Assembly: GCA_964413975.1 (NCBI GenBank)
Contig: CAYPUL010000001.1
Location: 1-47,865, forward strand
DNA length: 47,865 nucleotides
Direction: 5' to 3'
From: Candidatus Woesearchaeota archaeon
GTDB taxonomy: Archaea > Nanobdellota > Nanobdellia > Pacearchaeales > GW2011-AR1
In this document: positions 28,558-35,691 of the stretch, piece by piece
Position numbering within the stretch: position 1 is the first letter of the stretch
How the letters are laid out: every line of letters begins with the position of its first letter
The notes under the pieces: generated by a model
Seen by the model: the letters and a program-made list of their open reading frames with translations, nothing else
Told to the model about the DNA's origin: nothing
Database searches by the model: none
Position numbers and translations under genes: made by a program

Positions 28558-28607
28558 AAGTTTTGAAGGTTGAGGCATCGCAATTTATTGCGGTGTCTTC
28601 AAAACTT
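28558..28607 (+). promoter_or_regulatory. 50-nt compound hairpin/palindrome upstream of the HTH ORF
   Basis: Outer arms AAGTTTTGAAG (28558-28568) and CTTCAAAACTT (28597-28607). Inner arms CGCAAT (28579-28584) and ATTGCG (28587-28592). Ends 17 nt before ATG 28625. Confidence 0.5.
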
Positions 28608-28624
28608 AGTTAGGAATCACTACA

Positions 28625-28792
28625 ATGGTTGAGAAAAAGAGTATAAAGGTAGAATCTAAGAAAAAAATAACACATTACTCTGATGCAATAAAGGCGAGAG
28701 CTGTTCAGTTATATAGAGAAGGTAAAAGCGTCTTTGAAATTGTTGGAGAATTAAATGCACGATCGATTATTCACAATCCTCATAGCGGATAA
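28625..28792 (+). CDS. 55-aa HTH protein resembling the N-terminus of IS3-type OrfA transposases (possible IS remnant)
   Basis: Hand translation MVEKKSIKVESKKKITHYSDAIKARAVQLYREGKSVFEIVGELNARSIIHNPHSG*. The Y-S-x-x-x-K-x-x-AV-x-L...G-x-S pattern is typical of the transposase_8 HTH. Too short for the ORF track. Confidence 0.4.
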   Translation: MVEKKSIKVESKKKITHYSDAIKARAVQLYREGKSVFEIVGELNARSIIHNPHSG

Positions 28793-29081
28793 CTTTGGTG
28801 ATGGCGAGTATATGTGCATCGCTATTAAGAAAGGTCGAAGAGGTATGTGGAATTTTCTTATGTTGAAGATTAAAGAAGGTTGGTTTGTAAGAATAGAGAG
28901 AAGCACACGAAAGGTAGCTCGTAATCCTAACAAGGAAAAGAGGAAAGGACCATATCCTTACTTACAATCAGCACAACCAGTTTACAAAGCCCATAAGTTT
29001 GAAAGTTACGAAGTGAAGAAAGAAGAATTAAAAAATATTAATAATAATTTTACTGAAACTTATGAAGATTCAGTTTGGTAA
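28755..29081 (+). CDS. Hypothetical protein (108 aa)
   Basis: ORF overlapping the end of the HTH ORF in another frame. No motif recognised. Confidence 0.3.
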   Translation: MHDRLFTILIADNFGDGEYMCIAIKKGRRGMWNFLMLKIKEGWFVRIERSTRKVARNPNKEKRKGPYPYLQSAQPVYKAHKFESYEVKKEELKNINNNFTETYEDSVW

Positions 29082-29119
29082 CGGGATACAATTAAATAGA
29101 AGAATCAATTTTTATAATT

Positions 29120-29299
29120 ATGAAAGTTACAATCAATGTTCAGACTCTTAAAGGTAAAAAGTCTACACCAAAAGAGGTCGATAAAACTGTTGATCTATTG
29201 CAGAAGATTATGGAAAGAACAGAGAAACTGTTTAGAGGTTATAAGTGGAAAGAGTGTGTTTGTTCTTGTGATGGAACCAGTATTGTTTTGGAAAAGTAA
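29120..29299 (+). CDS. Hypothetical small protein (59 aa)
   Basis: Hand translation MKVTINVQTLKGKKSTPKEVDKTVDLLQKIMERTEKLFRGYKWKECVCSCDGTSIVLEK* looks more protein-like than the overlapping track ORF 29136-29318. Confidence 0.3.
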   Translation: MKVTINVQTLKGKKSTPKEVDKTVDLLQKIMERTEKLFRGYKWKECVCSCDGTSIVLEK

Positions 29300-29308
29300 A
29301 AATAGGAA

Positions 29309-29340
29309 AGATTTATAAACACATGGAAATTAATATTTCC
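29309..29340 (+). promoter_or_regulatory. TATA-like box plus 6-4-6 inverted repeat upstream of the MNT gene
   Basis: GATTTATAAAC (29309-29319), then GGAAAT-TAAT-ATTTCC (29325-29340) ending 2 nt before ATG 29343. Position fits an autoregulatory operator. Confidence 0.4.
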
Positions 29341-29342
29341 AA

Positions 29343-29873
29343 ATGGAAACAAAATTAACCATACTTAAGCCTTTTTTTGAAGACCCAAATAAACAATTTA
29401 GTATAAGACAGCTTTCTAGGATTCTAAAAATAAATCACACCACAATCAGACAACATCTAAATAAGCTGGTTAAAGAAGAAATTTTATCATTAAAAAAAGA
29501 AGGCGTATATTCTTTTTACAAGGTAATTTTATCAAAAAAGACGTTGAACTTAAAATTATATTACAATTTAGAAAAAATTAGAGCTTCTCGTATTATCGAA
29601 GATATGGAAAAAGCTTATGACCTTCCAATTATTGTTTTATTTGGAAGTTACTCTTCTGCCACAGATTCACTAGAAAGCGATATTGACCTTTGTATAATAT
29701 CCAACATAGAAAAGGTGTTTTCTGTAGGAAAATATGAAAAAATCTTGAATAGGAAGATAAGTCTGCATACATTCACCAAAACCTCTTTTGCTAAAGCAAA
29801 GAAATTAAATAAGGAATTAATTAACAATATCTGTAATGGAATCGTTTTATCTGGAGAATTGGAGGTTTTATGA
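29343..29873 (+). CDS. wHTH-fused minimal nucleotidyltransferase (MNT-type antitoxin-like)
   Basis: N-terminal winged helix (FSIRQLSRILKINHTTIRQHLNKLVKEEIL) and the NTase motif FGSYSSATDSLESDIDL (GS-x9/10-D-x-D). Confidence 0.8.
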   Translation: METKLTILKPFFEDPNKQFSIRQLSRILKINHTTIRQHLNKLVKEEILSLKKEGVYSFYKVILSKKTLNLKLYYNLEKIRASRIIEDMEKAYDLPIIVLFGSYSSATDSLESDIDLCIISNIEKVFSVGKYEKILNRKISLHTFTKTSFAKAKKLNKELINNICNGIVLSGELEVL

Positions 29874-30280
29874 ACTTTGAAAACAGTTTAAGAGAGGGAA
29901 AAGCAAGGAAAGTCGTTCCTAACAAAATTAGGGCTGCAAGTCTAATTAAGTCATCAACGCAGGCAATTGAGACTGCGAAGATTATACCTTTAAACGCTAG
30001 AAGTGCTAAAACTATTTTAAGAGAGTTTTATGAAGGACTCAGATAATATTGCGAAGCTATTGGTTATTCAAAAGGTTACAAGTTTTTGGATCATGAATCT
30101 ATCGGCTATTTTCTAAGAGATGTGCTAAAAGAGCAGTCAATCTATGGGAAATTTGATAGATACAGAAAATTGAGAAATGGTATCAACTATTACGGAGAAG
30201 ATATTGAAGTAGAAACTGTCAAAGAAGCAATTATAGAAATACCCAACATAATTAAAGAGCTAGAAAAATATAAGATTTGA
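29870..30280 (+). pseudogene. HEPN-domain partner of the MNT, interrupted by an in-frame TAA (30044-30046)
   Basis: ATG 29870 overlaps the MNT stop (ATGA). The frame reads 58 codons, then TAA, then stays open to 30280 in the same frame, covering the helical HEPN-like tail (...YRKLRNGINYYGEDIE...). Confidence 0.6.
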
Positions 30281-30455
30281 TTCTCTTATTTGCTTTGTTA
30301 AACAGCTCCAAATTAAGCCATAAACGCTCCTATTTTGCCGTATTTTTCCTTACTTAATGGAAAACTACTATGTAAGTAAAAAGGTGATAAAAAACGAACT
30401 TTTGTAGTATAGTGCTATTTTTAGAGCAACATATTATAAATATGTCGGACATTTA

Positions 30456-30758
30456 TTATTGTATTCTTTCTATTAGCTCTTCTTTTATTTTCTTCTTCTT
30501 TTCTTCCGAGATTGAGAACAAAGTTTTTTCAACCATCTTTTCGGATATTGTGAAAATGTAGTTTAATTTTATGATGCTATCTTTTATTGCCCCTTCTTTT
30601 TTGGTTAATAAAACGCCCTCCATCTTTAAATTTGAAGTGATCCCTAAAACTACTATATTGCCTTTTTCTTCAAATAGGACTAATGCAGGTCTTTTTTTAA
30701 TCTCAAAAGTATCCGTGTATTGTACCTGTGATAGAATTACTTCTCCAAACTTATGCAT
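30456..30758 (-). CDS. PemK/MazF-family toxin-like protein
   Basis: KFGEVILSQVQYTD...KKRPALVL...IVVLGITSN follows the GD-I-v...f...K-RP-alV...v-v-iTS pattern of MazF/PemK. ATG 30758 overlaps the upstream gene's end. Confidence 0.65.
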   Translation of the reverse strand: MHKFGEVILSQVQYTDTFEIKKRPALVLFEEKGNIVVLGITSNLKMEGVLLTKKEGAIKDSIIKLNYIFTISEKMVEKTLFSISEEKKKKIKEELIERIQ

Positions 30759-30978
30759 TTTCCCAGCTCTCATCCTCTTTATTATCCCAAAGTTCTTTCA
30801 TTTTCTCCTGTTGGATTTTATGGAGAAATTCGTCATATCGATTTCTTTCTTTCATTTTAATGAATATATTCGCCATTCTTTCCAGTAATTCGTTGTATGT
30901 CTGTCTGGGGTGCTCTCTTGCTTTCTTCAAGAGCACAATTACTCTTTTTTCTAATAAAATAGTTGATTGTTCTACCAT
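30751..30978 (-). CDS. Putative cognate antitoxin (75 aa from internal ATG; track ORF extends to 31023)
   Basis: Lies immediately upstream of, and overlaps, the MazF-like gene. Acidic C-terminus. TTTATATATT box about 25 nt upstream of ATG 30978. Confidence 0.45.
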   Translation of the reverse strand: MVEQSTILLEKRVIVLLKKAREHPRQTYNELLERMANIFIKMKERNRYDEFLHKIQQEKMKELWDNKEDESWENA

Positions 30979-31139
30979 ACATAATTGACTATGTATTAAT
31001 ATATAAAGCTTTCTTTTTTTCATTTTGTTACTCCAACGGAATTTCGTTTAAGGGGGGGTGCAGTTCAAAGTTCCCACCATATTAATTGTTAATAATCTGG
31101 GATATAAATAATTAAAAAACATATTTTGGTCTAAGTTCT

Positions 31140-32066
31140 ATGGATAGATTGTCAAATCTGGTGAAATCACAGCAGTTTTCTCGCGCCCTTTTAGAGGATT
31201 TATTCAAAGTTGCCGATTCTATTCGTTCTCAACCGAGCAAATATTCTAATTCTTTGCAGGGTAAGGTTATGTGTGCTCTTTTTTATGAACCTAGCACAAG
31301 AACAAGAATGAGTTTTGAGTCGGCTATGTTAAAACTAGGAGGCAAGGTAATTGGAACTGAGAATGCTGGAGAATTCTCTTCAGCGGCTAAGGGAGAAAGT
31401 TTAGAAGATACTGTTAGAGTAGTTTCCTCTTACTGCGATATCATTGTTCTAAGGCATAAAGATGAACATTCGTCAGAAAGGGTTGCTCCTCTCATTTCTA
31501 TACCTTTAATCAATGCTGGGGATGGAAGTGGGCAGCATCCGACACAAGCTTTATTAGATTTCTACACTATCTGGAAAGAATTTGGTAGAGTCGACGGATT
31601 AAAAATAGCTTTAGTGGGGGATCTTGCACATGGTAGAACAGTAAGATCTTTAGCGTATTTATGTACAAAGTTCAATAATATTAATCTAACATTAGTCTCA
31701 CCACCACACCTTAGGATTGGTGTTGATATAAAATCGCATTTAAGAGAACACAATCTTGAGTATAAAGAAGAGACAGACTTAATAAATATTCTCTCGCTTA
31801 CGGATGTTATTTACATTACAAGAATTCAAAAAGAAAGAATGAAGGCTTCTGATTACGATTTAGCAAGGGGAAGTTATATTATTAATGAAGATAGTCTTAA
31901 ATTAGTACGTGAGGATTCGAGAATTTTACATCCATTGCCACATGTTGAAGAAATTGATTTATTATTATCGACAGAAGCAGTGGATAAGAGAGTCGCTTAT
32001 TTTAGACAAGCAGAAAATGGCTTATATGCAAGAATGGCTTTGCTTCATCACCTTTTAAATAATTAA
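31140..32066 (+). CDS. pyrB: Aspartate carbamoyltransferase catalytic subunit
   Basis: FYEPSTRTRMSFESA, HPTQALLD and HPLP motifs. 308 aa. No pyrI or other pyr genes adjacent. Confidence 0.92.
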   Translation: MDRLSNLVKSQQFSRALLEDLFKVADSIRSQPSKYSNSLQGKVMCALFYEPSTRTRMSFESAMLKLGGKVIGTENAGEFSSAAKGESLEDTVRVVSSYCDIIVLRHKDEHSSERVAPLISIPLINAGDGSGQHPTQALLDFYTIWKEFGRVDGLKIALVGDLAHGRTVRSLAYLCTKFNNINLTLVSPPHLRIGVDIKSHLREHNLEYKEETDLINILSLTDVIYITRIQKERMKASDYDLARGSYIINEDSLKLVREDSRILHPLPHVEEIDLLLSTEAVDKRVAYFRQAENGLYARMALLHHLLNN

Positions 32067-32151
32067 AATATCACCTTCCGTCCTTTACTTTTTGAGATTT
32101 GAACACAGAAAAGGTGTTTATGATTTAAAGTCCTAAAAAAGTAATTTTCTA

Positions 32152-32168
32152 TTCGAAAATTGAACCAT
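32152..32168 (+). promoter_or_regulatory. 17-nt motif TTCGAAAATTGAACCAT directly upstream of the TATA box of the PepSY gene
   Basis: 16/17 identical to 32684-32700. Followed by the ATATATAAAA box, then the AAGGAGG SD (32214-32220) and ATG 32227. Confidence 0.5.
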
Positions 32169-32226
32169 GACATATATAAAATCTATTTATCTAGAAATAG
32201 TATGAGAAAATGTAAGGAGGTAAAAA

Positions 32227-32646
32227 ATGATAAAAACAAGCGATAAAATAATATTGGGAGTTCTTACTATCTTGTTGGTAGGAATGAGTGCTGTTTTTAT
32301 ATCTGCTGTTTCAAGTAGTGGACAAAAGAGAGCATCATTGAACGAACAACTTTCAGTAACGGACATAACTCCAGAAAAGACTAGTGCCACCTTAAAAAGC
32401 AATTTTGAAGAGGAAGACGATGAAGAAGATGTTCCAATAATAGGAACACCGCTTGAAAGAGCCAGTGCAGCTGCTCTCGCATACATTGGTAAAGGTCGCG
32501 TAACAGACTCTGAAATTGGAGATGAAGAAGGTTACTACGAGATTGAAATAACTTTAGACAACGGAAACGAAGTAGACGTACACTTGGATGAAAACTTCCG
32601 TGTGCTAAGTGCTGAATACGAAGACGAAGATGAAGAAGATGATTGA
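32227..32646 (+). CDS. PepSY-domain membrane-anchored protein with acidic tracts
   Basis: N-terminal TM. AAALAYIGKGRVTDSEIGDEEGYYEIEITLDNGNEVDVHLDENFRVL fits the PepSY pattern. Strong SD 6 nt upstream. Confidence 0.7.
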   Translation: MIKTSDKIILGVLTILLVGMSAVFISAVSSSGQKRASLNEQLSVTDITPEKTSATLKSNFEEEDDEEDVPIIGTPLERASAAALAYIGKGRVTDSEIGDEEGYYEIEITLDNGNEVDVHLDENFRVLSAEYEDEDEEDD

Positions 32647-32702
32647 ACTTTATGATTGAACTTTAATTTTTTTATTATTACATTTCGAAGATTGAACCAT
32701 TA
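32641..32702 (+). promoter_or_regulatory. Three further copies of the ATTGAAC core (two tandem GATTGAACTTTA plus TTCGAAGATTGAACCAT)
   Basis: Copies at 32641-32652, 32654-32665 and 32684-32700. The last abuts the CTTTTAAAAAC box upstream of ATG 32734. Confidence 0.5.
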
Positions 32703-32733
32703 CTTTTAAAAACCGAGACTAATCATTGATAAT

Positions 32734-33093
32734 ATGAAGAAAACAATGTTTGCCATTTCAGTCTTACTAATCTTATTTTCATCAATTCCCTTAACAATCT
32801 CCCAATCGGAAGACGGAAATTATTTAATAAAAGGCTTTGAATTGGAAAAGCTTGTTGCCTTGTTGAACGCCTGGATCTCAATTTTTCTTTTTGTGTTAGC
32901 TTTCTTAGCCTACAAAAGAGATGGCAGGAAAAGACTGCTTTATGTTAGTATAGCTTTTCTTTTATTTGCGATAAAAAGTTTTCTCATATCTTCGGAGCTA
33001 TTTTTCCCAGAAGTTGAATGGTTCGACCCACTCTCAACTCTGTTGGAATTAGGTGTATTGTTAAGTTTCTTTTATGGGGTGCTGAAGAAATGA
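32734..33093 (+). CDS. Small integral membrane protein (119 aa)
   Basis: Signal/TM plus three further hydrophobic spans. Followed 6 nt later by the regulator gene. Confidence 0.6.
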   Translation: MKKTMFAISVLLILFSSIPLTISQSEDGNYLIKGFELEKLVALLNAWISIFLFVLAFLAYKRDGRKRLLYVSIAFLLFAIKSFLISSELFFPEVEWFDPLSTLLELGVLLSFFYGVLKK

Positions 33094-33099
33094 ACTACG

Positions 33100-33630
33100 A
33101 TGATTGCAAAAAGCGAAAAAATACTCGAGCTTGAAACTAGAAAAAGAATATATGAGATTGTAAAAAAATATTCTGGTTGCCATTTTCGTGAATTTGAAAG
33201 AATAAGCAGAATTCCATATGGAACGTTGAAATACCATTTGAATTTTTTGATAAAGCACGATTTAATAATCTACAAAAAAGAAGACAACAGAGTAAGGTAT
33301 TTTCCAAAAGATTTTCAGACAGAAAATATAAAGCTGCTTAGTCTGTTAAGGCAGAAAGTAATCAGAAAAATAATTCTGTTTCTTGCAATAAACGAAAAAT
33401 CCGGTCATGAAGAAATTTCAAACTTTCTTGAGCTGTCTCCATCAACTGTTTCCTGGCATTTAAACAAGCTTGTCAGAGAAAATATAATGGTCTCTGAAAA
33501 AGAAGGAAGGAAAACAAAATACAAACTGGCTGTAGATAAAAATGAGATAATAAAAATCTTGGTTATTTACAAAGAAAGTTTTCTTGATTCATTTGTCAAC
33601 CGAGTTATTGAGATGTGGGATTTAAGTTAA
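33100..33630 (+). CDS. Transcriptional regulator with two ArsR-like winged-helix domains
   Basis: Two wHTH units: RKRIYEIVKKYSGCHFREFERISRIPYGTLKYHLNFLIKHDLI and IRKIILFLAINEKSGHEEISNFLELSPSTVSWHLNKLVRENIM. Confidence 0.75.
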   Translation: MIAKSEKILELETRKRIYEIVKKYSGCHFREFERISRIPYGTLKYHLNFLIKHDLIIYKKEDNRVRYFPKDFQTENIKLLSLLRQKVIRKIILFLAINEKSGHEEISNFLELSPSTVSWHLNKLVRENIMVSEKEGRKTKYKLAVDKNEIIKILVIYKESFLDSFVNRVIEMWDLS

Positions 33631-34080
33631 GATATATTTCTCGCAACCACAATTGTTGTAACATCCTAGTTTTTCTGTCAAAAATGGCAAGTAACGCTCC
33701 ACGAAACATATAGTTAAGTCCTACCTTAGACCTCATGTCTAGTTCATCATAAGATTATTAACTTGTGGTGAACCACCCCCACGAGATATTTAACCCTAGG
33801 TTAAGGTTCTCCCGCTAATTTTCTAATTTTTATCTACATGATCTATTCTATAAATTGCAGAGGCGATAAACTCCGGGCTAATTCTTAGGGGAATCTGCGC
33901 TGTACTTCCTTCTCCCATAAACTTGCTCTCATACATCGGACAATGCTTATTCATCAGCACAATAAGAACCATTTCTTTTTAAACATTTTTGCATTGTAGT
34001 ATACGGTTATTCTTGCATAAAACAATTTAAAAGAGTTTATTAAATAACTGATTCTATTAGGAAGGTAAGATAAATGTGAT

Positions 34081-34767
34081 ATGGTTAAAATAAAATTCTG
34101 GCATATTCTAATATTCTTAATTGTAGTCTTATCTATTTTATTGATTTTATTATTAATTCTAAATCCTGGCGATTTAAATCTAGGAAATCGTCTTGCTTAT
34201 CAATATGAGATATGTGACGATAAAGGTGCATGCAGAATGGTCCAGGTTGATAGAATTATACAACCAAGCAAGCAGACTTTTAATATTTGTAATGATAGAG
34301 GACTATGTGAAGATGTTCCTATCAACCGGTTATTGCTTAAAGAAGGGACAGATAAGAAATACTGTTCAAATGCGCCCTATCTTAAAACAGATTATGTTGA
34401 TAATTGGTGGAATGCAAATGGATTAATTGATGAATGTGAAATGCCTCCTAGATCTGATATGCAATTTACATTTAAACAGCATGACCAAAGCATCCTTAGC
34501 TATACTGGTACTATCCAGATTTCTCTAACTGCAATGAATTACGAGGATAATTATCTCGCACTTCAGATATTAACAGCCGAGGATAATGATGGCGATTATC
34601 TTCCAGATACATGGATTCATTGTGGTAATGTAGATGAAATAAAAGGAAAAGATATGAAGATAATTTATTGTGACGGGAATAATCTGAAATTTGTTAGATT
34701 GGTTAATCCTGAATGGAATCCGACAAGTATATTTATTGACAGGATTGAAGTTTTAAAAGTTGGTTAA
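34081..34767 (+). CDS. Membrane-anchored Cys-containing extracytoplasmic protein
   Basis: N-terminal TM. Duplicated motif YEICDDKGACRMVQVDRII / FNICNDRGLCEDVPINRLL. No family recognised. Confidence 0.6.
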   Translation: MVKIKFWHILIFLIVVLSILLILLLILNPGDLNLGNRLAYQYEICDDKGACRMVQVDRIIQPSKQTFNICNDRGLCEDVPINRLLLKEGTDKKYCSNAPYLKTDYVDNWWNANGLIDECEMPPRSDMQFTFKQHDQSILSYTGTIQISLTAMNYEDNYLALQILTAEDNDGDYLPDTWIHCGNVDEIKGKDMKIIYCDGNNLKFVRLVNPEWNPTSIFIDRIEVLKVG

Positions 34768-34805
34768 AGATGTTATAATTGCTGATAGGCACAGAGATGA
34801 GAAGA

Positions 34806-35057
34806 TTATTCATATTGGAGAATAACCGTATACGTGGATTCTTCGTTCGCATTTTCTTCGGCTTCTTCGCCCCAATCGCTCGATTCTTCTTGTGCTGCTT
34901 CACGGCAGCGCCAGCACAATGATTGGTCGCTAGTGTGTTGATACTCTTGCTCGTGTTCTAACTCTTGTAGATCGTACCAAAGGTCAAACACCGCATTACA
35001 TTGTTTGCATCGGACAGGTAATAGGCAGGTAGTTTGTTTCATGTTTTCTAGAAACAT
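34806..35057 (-). CDS. Small zinc-ribbon protein with acidic tail
   Basis: CKQC...CWRC pairs and a Glu-rich C-terminus. Composition differs from its neighbours. Confidence 0.45.
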   Translation of the reverse strand: MFLENMKQTTCLLPVRCKQCNAVFDLWYDLQELEHEQEYQHTSDQSLCWRCREAAQEESSDWGEEAEENANEESTYTVILQYE

Positions 35058-35269
35058 TTTGGATATAAAAAGATATATAGAATCTCAATTACTACATTCG
35101 TTTTCAATAAATTTTATATAGTAATTACCTCAAAAGTTACAAATTCTTAGTGAAGATAAAACAGCAATATTTTTATACTGCGTTACTTCTAAGTACTTAC
35201 TTTACTGGTTCGAGTAATGTATACTTAATGTTATTTTCTTTATCACTCGGATTAAACCCTTCTTGTGCA

Positions 35270-35590
35270 TTAAGGATATATCCTACCACTATCGAATTCT
35301 AATTCAATAGGTCCTTCTTCTGGCTGTACTATCTGAGCTATTAATACTCCTCTTCCTCTTCCAAGAACAAAAAGCTCATCAAAAGTTGTATGATAATGAT
35401 TCCCGAGAACAAGTCTGCCTTGACTATCAACTCCTTTTTCTGGATTATGGCTCAAGTCGAATATATTTGAGGCTGCTACGTTTCTTCCATGAAGATACCC
35501 TGCAGGAAGGTCGCCAATAAATCGCCGTGAGTCGCTGTGCTGACCGACAAAATTCTGTCGTATGATTTGTTCTAATTCTAATGCTGTCAT
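35270..35590 (-). CDS. Cupin-like small protein (tentative)
   Basis: GNHYHTTFDELFVLGRGRGV resembles the cupin/WxcM-like core G-x-H-x-H...E-x-F-x-v-x-G. 106 aa. Confidence 0.45.
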   Translation of the reverse strand: MTALELEQIIRQNFVGQHSDSRRFIGDLPAGYLHGRNVAASNIFDLSHNPEKGVDSQGRLVLGNHYHTTFDELFVLGRGRGVLIAQIVQPEEGPIELEFDSGRIYP

Positions 35591-35660
35591 CTTCTTCGTT
35601 ATTTTGTTATACCAAGATCTTTATAAGCTTTTATGTTATAGAGATGGTGTACCATCATAA

Positions 35661-35672
35661 CTTTTAATAATC
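35661..35672 (+). promoter_or_regulatory. TATA-like box for gatE-like gene
   Basis: CTTTTAATAATC, 20-31 nt upstream of ATG 35692. Confidence 0.4.
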
Positions 35673-35691
35673 TCTATAGTTTCTTCTTTTT

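Larger units (their letters stand above)
28343..30417. mobile_element. Candidate ~2.1-kb cassette bounded by 13-bp perfect inverted repeats (TAGCACTATACTA / TAGTATAGTGCTA)
   Basis: Repeats at 28343-28355 and 30405-30417, both preceded by TTTTG and both intergenic. The interior holds a transposase-like HTH ORF, two small ORFs and the MNT/HEPN pair. A chance match cannot be excluded. Confidence 0.3.

Noticed and set aside
29136-29318. 60-aa track ORF MFRLLKVKSLHQ...
   Set aside because: The overlapping frame starting at ATG 29120 gives a more protein-like product. Neither is strongly supported, so only the latter is listed, at low confidence.
30044-30046. TAA stop-codon reassignment or read-through as the explanation for the interrupted HEPN frame
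   Set aside because: TAA terminates well-conserved genes in this window at their expected ends, for example cdc48 and the metalloprotease. A genome-wide recoding is therefore not supported. A pseudogene, a split gene or a sequencing error is more likely.
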